Source of the DNA: Ostreococcus tauri
Taxonomy: Eukaryota
Direction of reading: 5' to 3'
Length of the DNA stretch: 32,000 nucleotides
NCBI GenBank assembly: GCA_002158475.1
Contig: KZ155780.1
Coordinates: 519,092-551,091, forward strand
This document shows, piece by piece, positions 1 to 8,478 of the stretch. A program made the position numbers and the translations under genes. The notes under the pieces are model-generated. The model searched no databases. It saw only the letters and a program-made list of their open reading frames with translations, and was not told the origin of the DNA. Every line of letters starts with the position of its first letter. Position 1 is the first letter of the stretch.

Positions 1-2174
1 TCGTTGCCCTTGTACGATGGTCCGAACCAGCCTTGTTCGATCTCCGGAGTTACGTGCGTTTGCAAATCACGTGCATCGTGATCGTTCCAATCGTGACTAA
101 CCACACCCTTCGGCCCCGCGCTTGCGGCTCCGCACGGCGCCGTGGAAACGTACAGGTGTATGGTGACGTCTCGCTTGAGCGCAACCGTACCTGTGGCGTT
201 GTGCTCAAGGAACGTACTTTCACCCGCACGAACGAGCGACTCCAGCTCGCGATACAAGAGGCGCAACAAACCTCTTCGCGCTAATACCTCAGCGTGACTG
301 TCATGCACGTGCGCGTCCCAAAGAGAAGCATCCGCTCTGTTTCCGATTGCTGCCGCGACGTCTCCCGGAACGAACTTCGTACCGACGCCAAGCGAAAGCA
401 CCGTGAGGTCTCTCGGCTCATTTTCGTTCACGTTTTGCGCGACGATTCCAGCAATCACCGCTGTTCCTCTCGTCGCCGCGGCGTGCGCGGAACATCGAGA
501 TCTATACTCCGCGCCGACGCGCGCAGCTATTCTGTTTGCTAACGTTGATGAATCCGAGCCTCGCATTCGGCTCGCCGCTGCCGCCTCGCGTTCGGCGACG
601 AGTATCATCTCTTCCGTCGGTGCCGAGCCGCGCGAATTCATGGCGCGATTGATAACGCCTTCGACGTCGTGGACGTATGTACCGGAACAGCATTCCGTGA
701 GTTCTCTCGCTAAGGTGTCGTCAATTTGGTTCCCGTTGATCCAAAGCGTGCGAAGCGGGTTGCCAGCGGCTTGTCGCTCTCGCAAGGCACTCAATAGCGC
801 TCGAGCGCCGATGTTCGAGATGCTGTTGTGATCCAAGTGTAGCTCGATCAACCTAGACGCGTTCACGGAGCGAGATATCGCTTCTGCGATCGCTACGCAA
901 CCATCGTCTCCGATACCGTTTCCCCCCGAGTCGAGTACCTCGAGCGCTCCGTGTACCTCGACGAGTCGAGCCAACGCTTTTGCGCCGTCAACGCCAATGT
1001 CATTCGCATAAACGGCAAATTCACGCAAGGACCGATGATTTTCGAGCAGAGCGTTCGCGAGTTCTACGCATCCGCGCGCCCCAATCGAGTTGTGATGCGC
1101 TCCGAAGGCACGCACGCTCTCGCGCCTTTCTCGCAAGGCGTTCGCGATGACGAGCGCGCCTTCGTCACCGACATGCCGATCCGAGATACTCTTCAACGCT
1201 TCATCACATCGATCGACGTGAATAAAGTTTGCAGCTGCCTGACCGGCAAGCCTCCTGAACGAATCCGTGGCAAAACCTGGATTACCGCTCGCGTTCACAC
1301 TCGTCGTCGGCGGCGAGCGTTCCAATTCGTGTCTCAACAGCTCCATTCCCACCTCGCTCAGGGCGTTATCGCGCACGTCTAGTCGCTCAATGACGACACC
1401 ATCGTCGAGCAAAGCGCCGATGCACGCACGAACGTCGTCGTCCGTTAGACCTATCTTCCGAAACGACGCGACACCGTCTTTACGAACCTCCATTCCGCGC
1501 GCCGCCTCCATCCTACGCGCGCGTTGCCAATTGATCCGACTCCGCTCTCGCACCGCCGTCGCCATCTCCACGCTCACCTCGGGATTATTCGTCATAACGA
1601 TCGACTCCAACGCCTCGTTCGCCTCGCATGCGCGTATGAGCGCTCGCGCATCGTCGGCGTCCAGCCCGTTGTCCCGCAAGTTCACGCTCCGACACGTCGC
1701 CGTCTTCGTACCCATCGCTCGCTCCAGCGCCCATACGCGCCCACCGATCCCGCACCGCATTAAATTCAATCCTTTCACTGTCACCAGGGCTTCGAAAACG
1801 TCCCGCATCTCGTCGTCATCGCTCCGTGGCGTCTCCGCGAGTTCCGGCGTCTCCGCGAGCGACAGTTCCTCCAATCCCTCCAGCGCCCCCGACGTCGCGA
1901 GCGCGCGTCTCAGGTCCGCTCCCGGGATCGAACGTAACGCGCCGCTCAAATTGAGCGTCTTCGCGCGCGATTCTTTCGCCGCATCGAGGACGGCGATCAA
2001 AGCGTCGCCGTCGCGCAGCGTCGCGCCTCTGAGTGAAATCCTCACCGACGCTTCGCTCGACGCCTGCGACGCGCTCGCGCGCGCGCGGACGAGCGCGGAC
2101 GCTTGGGATGCGTCGAGGGGCGGTTTCGTCTTTTGTCGCGCGCGACGACGCACGGGGTCAGCGTCGCCGGTCAT
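1..2174 (-). CDS. RNI-type leucine-rich-repeat domain fused in frame to an ADAT1/ADAR-type (A_deamin) adenosine deaminase. The 3' end runs off the left edge of the window.
   Basis: The minus-strand frame is uninterrupted from the ATG (cat at 2172-2174) to position 1. It is absent from the ORF track because no stop lies in the window. The upstream two thirds read as ribonuclease-inhibitor-like LRRs (LDVRDNALSEVGMELL, LDSGGNGIGDDGCVAIAEAI, LHLDHNSISNIGARALLSAL). From about 560 downward I read ANRIAARVGAEY, VLSLGVGTKFVPG, DSHAEVLARRGLLRLLYREL (about 245-300) and LYVSTAPCGAAS (about 125-160). The last two carry the HAE and PCG zinc and catalytic motifs of ADAT1/Tad1. Confidence 0.75.
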   Translation of the reverse strand, partial: MTGDADPVRRRARQKTKPPLDASQASALVRARASASQASSEASVRISLRGATLRDGDALIAVLDAAKESRAKTLNLSGALRSIPGADLRRALATSGALEGLEELSLAETPELAETPRSDDDEMRDVFEALVTVKGLNLMRCGIGGRVWALERAMGTKTATCRSVNLRDNGLDADDARALIRACEANEALESIVMTNNPEVSVEMATAVRERSRINWQRARRMEAARGMEVRKDGVASFRKIGLTDDDVRACIGALLDDGVVIERLDVRDNALSEVGMELLRHELERSPPTTSVNASGNPGFATDSFRRLAGQAAANFIHVDRCDEALKSISDRHVGDEGALVIANALRERRESVRAFGAHHNSIGARGCVELANALLENHRSLREFAVYANDIGVDGAKALARLVEVHGALEVLDSGGNGIGDDGCVAIAEAISRSVNASRLIELHLDHNSISNIGARALLSALRERQAAGNPLRTLWINGNQIDDTLARELTECCSGTYVHDVEGVINRAMNSRGSAPTEEMILVAEREAAAASRMRGSDSSTLANRIAARVGAEYRSRCSAHAAATRGTAVIAGIVAQNVNENEPRDLTVLSLGVGTKFVPGDVAAAIGNRADASLWDAHVHDSHAEVLARRGLLRLLYRELESLVRAGESTFLEHNATGTVALKRDVTIHLYVSTAPCGAASAGPKGVVSHDWNDHDARDLQTHVTPEIEQGWFGPSYKGN

Positions 2175-2267
2175 GCGACGCGACTCCGCGCCGCGCGTCG
2201 CGGAGTGTCCAACGCACGGCGTCGCGCATCGGGTTGGGAAACTACGAACTACGTTTGATTGTTTAGA

Positions 2268-3341
2268 TTACACCATATCGTCGTCGTCATCGTCGTCGTC
2301 ATCGTCATCTTCATCGTTATCGTCATCGTCGTCGTCGTCGTCTTCGTCTTCGTCTTCGGATTCGCCGTCTTCGTCCGTCTCCCACTCCTCGTCCTCGCCC
2401 TCTTCGCCGGCGCCGCCCATGACGTCTTGCAACACGTCAACCGCATCCGTGGCCTCGTCGTAGACCGTCGTCACCCCGTCGTCGTTCTCCTCCACATCCA
2501 CGCCGCCGACGTTTTGTTTCGTCGACGCGCTCGCGTGCAAGACGAGCTCCAACCGCCCCAACAACGCCTGCAACGATCCTTGCATCGAGACGTGCGATTC
2601 GATCGTCTGCGACAGCTTCAACAACGTCGCTCGCGCTTTCGGCGCGCTCGACGCGTATCCAGCGTGATGCAACAAGATTGTCCTCGCCCATCGCGCGCAC
2701 CGCTCGCCGCTTCCCGGCTTTGCCTGCGCCCTCGCCGCGCACTCCGACAACAACTTCATCGCGTTCGACGCGCTCAACCGACTCACCGTGTTCGCGATCG
2801 TCGTTCTATCATTCACCGACAAGCACCGTTCGATCAACGCCGCGTCGTCCGCGCGCAACGCTTGCGACAACAGCGCGCTCAGCGAATCCGCCCGCGCCGT
2901 CGTCGACCCGGACCGCCCTTTCCCGTCCGCGTCCCCACCGTCGCCCATCGCCCGCGGCGTCGCGTCCAGCGCCCCGTCGGCATCGAACGCGGCATCGACC
3001 GTCGTTCCATCGATCGCGCGTCCACGGGCGAGGCGCAGCGCGCGCGCGCGGGCGCCGAGCGTCGTCGTCCCCTCGGCCGCCGCCGCCTCGATGGCGGCAT
3101 CGTCATCGCATTTCGTCGTCCCGTCCTCGTCCTCGCGCTGCGGTCGCGACGCCATCGCGCGCGGGGGTAACATCGAGCGTCGCTTCGCCATCGCGCGCGT
3201 CGGTCGCGGCGTCGTGGCGTCGAGGGCGCGCGATGCGTCGACGGGCGATGCGTCGACGGGTGTGCTGGGTTGGGTAAAATTGGCATCACGATCTCCCTCA
3301 CGACCCGAAACTTCGTGATCTGCATCACGATCACGACCCAT
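2268..3341 (-). CDS. UTP5/WDR43-like Utp12-domain (SSU processome) protein that lacks WD40 repeats and ends in an acidic tail
   Basis: There is a true ATG at 3339-3341. SLSALLSQALRADDAALIERCL...TIANTVSRLSASNAMKLLSECAARAQAKPGSGERCARWARTILLHHAGYASS...LLKLSQTIESHVSMQGSLQALLGRLELVL aligns by eye with the C-terminal Utp12 domain of WDR43/Utp5. No WD40 region is encoded, and the next gene upstream is on the other strand. Confidence 0.65.
   Translation of the reverse strand: MGRDRDADHEVSGREGDRDANFTQPSTPVDASPVDASRALDATTPRPTRAMAKRRSMLPPRAMASRPQREDEDGTTKCDDDAAIEAAAAEGTTTLGARARALRLARGRAIDGTTVDAAFDADGALDATPRAMGDGGDADGKGRSGSTTARADSLSALLSQALRADDAALIERCLSVNDRTTIANTVSRLSASNAMKLLSECAARAQAKPGSGERCARWARTILLHHAGYASSAPKARATLLKLSQTIESHVSMQGSLQALLGRLELVLHASASTKQNVGGVDVEENDDGVTTVYDEATDAVDVLQDVMGGAGEEGEDEEWETDEDGESEDEDEDDDDDDDDNDEDDDDDDDDDDDMV
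2278..2357 (-). repeat. Coding GAC/GAT/GAA trinucleotide tract giving a poly-Asp/Glu tail
   Basis: The plus strand reads (tcg/tca/ttc)n: tcgtcgtcatcgtcgtcgtcatcgtcatcttcatcg... On the minus strand this translates to ...EDEDEDDDDDDDDNDEDDDDDDDDDDDMV at the C-terminus of the 2268-3341 gene. Confidence 0.9.
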
Positions 3342-3620
3342 GGATCGTGATGCGACCTTGGAGGAAATTTCAAGCTTGCGGCGACGCTCTTCGAGGGGGT
3401 GCTAGGGTTAGAACAGTGACACAATTTACTTATCATCGCTATATTTCCTCGAAACCGGTACCGACATAGCGTATTATCAGTCACGTGATGCTTATCAGTG
3501 AGGTATACCCGTCAATATCAGCAAATGATAGGCTTTACATACACTCAATATAGCATCATGATCTGAATCATCGATTTCGTGATGGGCGTCAGCATCACGA
3601 CTCATAGATCGTGATGATGC
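3284..3620. promoter_or_regulatory. Bidirectional promoter or 5' region carrying a cluster of ATCACGA/TCGTGAT motifs, a ~70-bp imperfect direct repeat and two hairpins with an ATG in the loop
   Basis: The motif occurs at 3284-3293, 3313-3320, 3322-3332, 3343-3353, 3554-3563 (variant), 3577-3584, 3593-3600 and 3609-3616. Perfect inverted repeats are gcatcacgatc / gatcgtgatgc (3322-3332 / 3343-3353) and catcacga / tcgtgatg (3593-3600 / 3609-3616). The intervening 3354-3553 is visibly AT-richer than the rest of the window. Confidence 0.5.
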
Positions 3621-3998
3621 CAACCTAGCGGGTGTGTGTGCGCTTGATGGTCATACAGATTATACGATACGGGACCATACCGTATACTGTGACACATGTA
3701 CGGCTATGTGGGTGCGACAGCGCCGCGCGCATCGGCGACCCGGCGCGTCGACGCGCGAGACGCCGGCGCGACGCCGAAGCGCGCGCGAGAGGGGGGGCGT
3801 CGGACGAAGGGTTTTTTCCCGCGCCCGCGTCGACGTCGCGGCGGCGCGTCGACGGCGACGCGCGGCGCGCGACGGTGGTGCGGATTTTGAAATCATCATC
3901 GCCATCGCGCGCGCGTCCGTGGGCGTCGACGACGCCGAGATATCGCGCGCGACGCCGAGACATCGCGCGCGTGGACGCCGTCGGTGCGCTGGGCGCGC

Positions 3999-6900
3999 AT
4001 GGGAAGCGACGGGACGATCGCGTCGACGTCGGGGGCGGCGTTCGCGTGCGGACTGTGCCCGACGGCGCGGCGGAACGGACGGCCGAGGAAGTCGTTGCGA
4101 CGATGTTACGACGCGTTGGACGCGGACGAACGGCTCCCGCCGACGCTCATGGAACGCCGAGACGCGGTGCCGACGGCGCTGCATCAAGCGTGCGCGTTGT
4201 GGTGCCCGGAGGTGTACTTTGACGCGGCGACGGAACGGTTGAGAAACGTGCGGGAGGCGGTGACGCGGGCGAGGCGATTGCGATGTCATCGGTGCGGCGA
4301 GAGGGGGGCCGCGGTGGGGTGCGCGATCGATGCGTGTCCGAGGAGTTATCACTTGGTGTGCGCGCACGAGGATGGGTGCGCGTTCGCGGTGGGGGAGTTT
4401 GCGCTCGCGTGCCCGAGGCACGTCGGACGGTTGGCGCGAGAGCGCCCGGACGCGCGGTGGGCCGAGGTTGGCGTGGAGGAGGACGTCGTCGGGGACGTCA
4501 ATGGTGATTTGAATGGGAATGGGATCGAAGGGGCGGTGGGCGATGGCGCGAACGGGGTCGGTGGAACGGGCGCGCCGGCGGGCCCGGCGGCGGTGGCGAC
4601 GATGGCGGTGAAAGGAGCGACGCCAATTTTGAACAGGATTCGCGCCGCGGCGGAGATGAATCGAGGGATGAATCAGAAGAAGAAAAAGAAAAAACGGGCG
4701 CGGTTGAACGACGAACGGTTCATGAACACACGTGAGGGGGCGATATATCGCACTGTCATCGAGGCTGGCGCGCGTATGAACGCGGAGAAGGACAAGGTGG
4801 GCGCCATCGAGGACGACGACGAGGCGTTTCGCCTTCGGGAGTCCAGGAGATTGGATAAGGACAAGGCGGAAATCCCGCGGGTGATAATTGGTGGTGGACT
4901 CGGGACGTCGGAGTACTCCCAAGGGTGGGAATCGCTCGCGGGGATGGAGGAGCACGTCAAGACGCTCAAGGAGATGACGCTGCTGCCGCTGACGTATCCA
5001 GAGATATTCGAGCGTCTGGGCGCGGGCGCCGCGCGCGGGGTGTTGTTACACGGTCCACCGGGGACGGGGAAGACGGCAGCCGTGCGCGCGATGCTCGGCG
5101 CCGCCGCGCGAGGACCGACACCGATTAGCTTTTTCAGTCGCCTCGGGGCGGATTGTTTGGGTAAGTACAGCGGCGAGGCCGAACGCAAGCTTCGTTTACT
5201 CTTCGAGGAGGCGGAAAAGCGACAGCCGAGCATAATATTCTTTGACGAGATCGACGGGTTAGCGCCAGCGAGGCGAGGAGGGGGGAGTTCAGGGGCACAG
5301 GATGAGATTCATTCCTCCGTCGTCGCGACGCTTCTCGCCCTGATGGATGGACTCTCGGGACGTGGCTCCGTCGTCGTCATCGCGTCGACGAACAGACCAG
5401 ACGCCGTGGACGCTGCGCTTCGGCGACCGGGACGATTCGATCGCGAGTTGTTCTTCGGCTTGCCGGACGTGCGCGCGCGGGCGGAAATACTGGACGTGCA
5501 CACGCGCGCGTGGACACCGCGGCCGAATCGAGCGACTCTCGATGCCTTGGCGGGTCTCACCGAAGGTTGCGCCGGGGCAGATCTGCGCGCTATCGCGAAC
5601 GCGGCACTCATGAGCGCACTAAGACGATCTTGTCCGTCGCTCTTGCGCGGTGATCCAACGCGCGATTCGCTCGCGGCTGAACTCGAGGCGCGGCTGCCGC
5701 CGCCGGAGAGCGCGCAGACAGCGCTCGACGAGGCGAGCCGCGCGAGTGCGTCCGGACACGTCGGCGCCCAGTTGACGCTCAAGCAATTTGAAGCGCTTGC
5801 GACCCGCGTGCGTGTGTACTGGCCGATCGAAGATGCGCATCACGAGGCCACGATTGTCGGGTACGACAGGAACGCCGCGTGTCATCGACTGCGGTATGAC
5901 GACTCCAATCTCTTCGACGGCGAGGAGGTTTGGATGCAGCTCTTCAGACCGAATGTGGACGTGCGAGTGCTCGAGTACGATGAGATGGACGTAAATTTCA
6001 TCGTCGGAGGGAATCCCACGTACAAGGCGACGACGCGCGCGCGCGTACGCGAGACGGTCGGACATGCGAGAACGCTCCTGAAGAGTTATCGAGCTAGTCG
6101 ACGCGACGGTGTCTCCGTTTCTTTCGCCGATTGGCAATGCGCGTTGAAGACGACTTCTAGCGCGTGCTCGGCGAGAAGCGCGAGCGCCGCGCTCGTGCCT
6201 CGAGGCAAACCACTCGATGAGTACATGAAACCTCTCCTGGGCGACTCGGCGCGACGCGCGGTGGACGAGCTCATCAAGCGCGGCGCTGCGCCAGCGAGCG
6301 ATGACGAATGCGGTGACGCGAATAACGAGGAGAAGGGATCCACAGTCAAGAGTTGTCGCATACTCTTGGCTGGAGAGGGCGATAACGGTCAGCAAGAGGT
6401 TATGGACGTCGTCTTGAACCGGTTGAACGCGACGTCATCGCACCTGGTAAATCTGGCTTCGCTCATATCTCACGGCGACGGCGACGCCGCGCGCGGCGTT
6501 GCACTGTCGCTCCACGAACCCCTTCGCCAGGCCATGCGCACGCAGACGACGTTAGTGATGCCTAATTTGGATCTCTGGGCGTTGGCCAGGACCGATGACG
6601 AGAACGGCGAAGAGGGCGTGACAACGAGCGCGCTCTGGGATCTCGTGCAAACCACCGTCTCGGAGTGTTACGCGGACGACGGGAACGAATCTTCAGGGTC
6701 GCTTTGCGTAGTCGCTTCGGTTGGATTGCCACACAGTGCTCTTCCGAGCGGCATCAAACATTTTTTCGAAAAATCGGGCACCGTTTTGAACGTCGAGCCG
6801 AATCTGTGCGAGACGTCAATCTCGTGTAGCTTCGGGCTCGCGGCAGCACACATCGGCAAAGACGTCGAGTCGGCGCACAGAGAAGCGCGAGCGCGCAAGT

Positions 6901-7622
6901 CAATGGCGTCGCAAGTTATAACGTCGATGTCACAACGCGTCGCGGAGATGAGACCGAACAACGCGGAGACGACCGAGACGGCGGAAGCTGCGTGCGAAGC
7001 GCTTCGAATTCGTGTCAGACGAACTCGCGCCGTCGTACGAGGGGCGATTGCAAAGTGCGTGAAAGAGCTGCTCAAGACGCGTCGATTTGACCGCTTCTTC
7101 GATAGATCCGAACAGGCGGGTAATTTGATTCGGTTAGCGCTCGACCGCAAGATTGGCGACCCGAACAGATTCATCAAGGATCTTCGTGCGTGCGCCAAGG
7201 CGCTTAAGCCACGACGGAACACGCACTCAAACGTGCATAAACCGGTCGTTTCTCTGGGATTCAACGCCGTGGACACGCTCGAGAGTTGGTTCCACCTCGG
7301 GGTGACCGAACTGTACGAACAATACGTCGAAAAAGACGCCGAGTACGACGAGGCGTTGCGCCGAGCGGCGACAGCTCTACCTCGAATCGCTGCGAGCGAA
7401 CCGCTCGACTTAGTTGACTATACCGTGAAGACGACGACGACGACGAACGTTGTTCCATCATTACCCCCGATCGATCGCAAGAGCATCGTCGACGAAGTCA
7501 CGACGGCACTCAAGACGGGTTTGTCATCGTGCAACACGCTCGCTGAATTCAGAGCGCTCGTTGACGACGTTCGATCGATCAAACGCGCCGAAATGCGGCG
7601 ACGCGTGGAGTGCGCGTGTTAG
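3999..7622 (+). CDS. ATAD2/Yta7-like AAA+ ATPase with an N-terminal extended PHD finger and an internal Tudor-like module
   Basis: The first ATG is at 3999; the track start at 3984 is GTG. The ePHD reads CGLCP...HQACALWCPEVYF...RCHRCGERGAAVGCAIDACPRSYHLVCA...FALACPRH. Walker A is GVLLHGPPGTGKT (about 5037-5075) and Walker B is IIFFDEIDGLAP. The flank WESLAGMEEHVKTLKEMTLLPLTYPEIF is ATAD2-like. RVRVYWPIEDAHHEATIVGYDRNAACHRLRYDDSNLFDGEEVW (about 5805-5940) resembles the plant MSH6/PDS5-type Tudor. Confidence 0.85.
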   Translation: MGSDGTIASTSGAAFACGLCPTARRNGRPRKSLRRCYDALDADERLPPTLMERRDAVPTALHQACALWCPEVYFDAATERLRNVREAVTRARRLRCHRCGERGAAVGCAIDACPRSYHLVCAHEDGCAFAVGEFALACPRHVGRLARERPDARWAEVGVEEDVVGDVNGDLNGNGIEGAVGDGANGVGGTGAPAGPAAVATMAVKGATPILNRIRAAAEMNRGMNQKKKKKKRARLNDERFMNTREGAIYRTVIEAGARMNAEKDKVGAIEDDDEAFRLRESRRLDKDKAEIPRVIIGGGLGTSEYSQGWESLAGMEEHVKTLKEMTLLPLTYPEIFERLGAGAARGVLLHGPPGTGKTAAVRAMLGAAARGPTPISFFSRLGADCLGKYSGEAERKLRLLFEEAEKRQPSIIFFDEIDGLAPARRGGGSSGAQDEIHSSVVATLLALMDGLSGRGSVVVIASTNRPDAVDAALRRPGRFDRELFFGLPDVRARAEILDVHTRAWTPRPNRATLDALAGLTEGCAGADLRAIANAALMSALRRSCPSLLRGDPTRDSLAAELEARLPPPESAQTALDEASRASASGHVGAQLTLKQFEALATRVRVYWPIEDAHHEATIVGYDRNAACHRLRYDDSNLFDGEEVWMQLFRPNVDVRVLEYDEMDVNFIVGGNPTYKATTRARVRETVGHARTLLKSYRASRRDGVSVSFADWQCALKTTSSACSARSASAALVPRGKPLDEYMKPLLGDSARRAVDELIKRGAAPASDDECGDANNEEKGSTVKSCRILLAGEGDNGQQEVMDVVLNRLNATSSHLVNLASLISHGDGDAARGVALSLHEPLRQAMRTQTTLVMPNLDLWALARTDDENGEEGVTTSALWDLVQTTVSECYADDGNESSGSLCVVASVGLPHSALPSGIKHFFEKSGTVLNVEPNLCETSISCSFGLAAAHIGKDVESAHREARARKSMASQVITSMSQRVAEMRPNNAETTETAEAACEALRIRVRRTRAVVRGAIAKCVKELLKTRRFDRFFDRSEQAGNLIRLALDRKIGDPNRFIKDLRACAKALKPRRNTHSNVHKPVVSLGFNAVDTLESWFHLGVTELYEQYVEKDAEYDEALRRAATALPRIAASEPLDLVDYTVKTTTTTNVVPSLPPIDRKSIVDEVTTALKTGLSSCNTLAEFRALVDDVRSIKRAEMRRRVECAC

Positions 7623-7798
7623 GGTGAGACATCCGTCATGATAAATGGAAACACGCTGTAAGAATAACGTCACTAGCCATTGATAGATTAACGCACATCC
7701 CACCGCTTTACGGATGAAACAGTTGAAAAAGCATCGTGTCAACGCCAACGCCCACCACTCGCTCCACACCCTCCCGCGTGCCGTGAAACTCACCCACG

Positions 7799-8461
7799 AT
7801 GGGGGCCTCTTTAGCATGCACCTCTACATCTGACGCGCACCCCGTGGAGATTACCTCAATCGACCTCGCCGTGCTAAAAATCAAGAAATCAATCCAAAGA
7901 CTCGAAGGTTCCATCGATCTCCTCGAGCGCGACATTCACGCCGACGGCGTCGAGGCGCTGCGCAAACGCGCTCAAAAGGTTCTCGCGATGAATATCTTGC
8001 GACGAAGACGCGCGCGGTGCGCTTTACGCGAGAGATTAAGCGCGCACGTGTTGAGGCTACACGAGGCGTTGGTTCGGTTTGATTCGGCGCGCGCGGACGC
8101 GGAGACGCTGGAGGCGATGCGTCTCGGGAACGACGCGGTGGAGCGTATCGTGCGAGAGACGACGGATGTCGAAAGTGTGATGCGGGACGTCGAGCGGTTG
8201 CGGCATTGGTTCGAGGCGGCGAACGAGGGGGCGATTTTGAGCGACGCGGATGTGGAGGAGGACTTCGCCGAGTTGGTGCGGAGCGAGGCGACGGCGCGCG
8301 TCGCAGCTGGCGAAGTGCGCGATGGGAAAGCGATGGATACCGCGGAGAGCGTTTTGGCGTCCATGCCGAGCGCGCCGAGCGAAATTCATCCAACGAGTGG
8401 AGCTTCCGTGCCGAGCGGCGAACCCCGACGACGCGTCGCGGTCGCCGAGGACGCCGGATGA
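7799..8461 (+). CDS. CHMP6: ESCRT-III subunit CHMP6/Vps20 (Snf7 family)
   Basis: ATG at 7799 followed by Gly; an MG start fits the N-myristoylation known for CHMP6. ITSIDLAVLKIKKSIQRLEGSIDLLERDI, LRRRRARCALRERLSAHVLRLHEAL, ETLEAMRLGNDAVERI, VESVMRDVE and DADVEEDFAEL are collinear with human CHMP6 by eye. Confidence 0.75.
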   Translation: MGASLACTSTSDAHPVEITSIDLAVLKIKKSIQRLEGSIDLLERDIHADGVEALRKRAQKVLAMNILRRRRARCALRERLSAHVLRLHEALVRFDSARADAETLEAMRLGNDAVERIVRETTDVESVMRDVERLRHWFEAANEGAILSDADVEEDFAELVRSEATARVAAGEVRDGKAMDTAESVLASMPSAPSEIHPTSGASVPSGEPRRRVAVAEDAG

Positions 8462-8478
8462 CGCGGGAAAAGAAAAAG

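Noticed and set aside
1267-2463. A 398-aa plus-strand ORF (Ser/Ala/Arg-rich, ending in poly-Ser), plus the other plus-strand ORFs at 403-831 and 951-1382
   Set aside because: These are mirror-frame artefacts of the minus-strand LRR-deaminase gene and of the poly-Asp tail of the Utp12-domain gene. Their composition is low-complexity S/R/A, and the opposite strand has clear homology.
2259-3484. Several overlapping Arg/Pro/Ser-rich ORFs on both strands (2259-3170 +, 2678-3277 +, 2788-3318 +, 2879-3484 -)
   Set aside because: Only the 2268-3341 minus frame shows a recognisable domain (Utp12). The others are the usual stop-poor alternative frames of GC-rich coding DNA.
3660-4955. A 431-aa minus-strand ORF and the Arg-rich plus ORFs at 3632-4242
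   Set aside because: They are extremely Arg/Pro-rich with no motifs. They lie antisense to, or out of frame with, the ePHD-AAA gene, whose frame carries unambiguous zinc-finger and Walker motifs.
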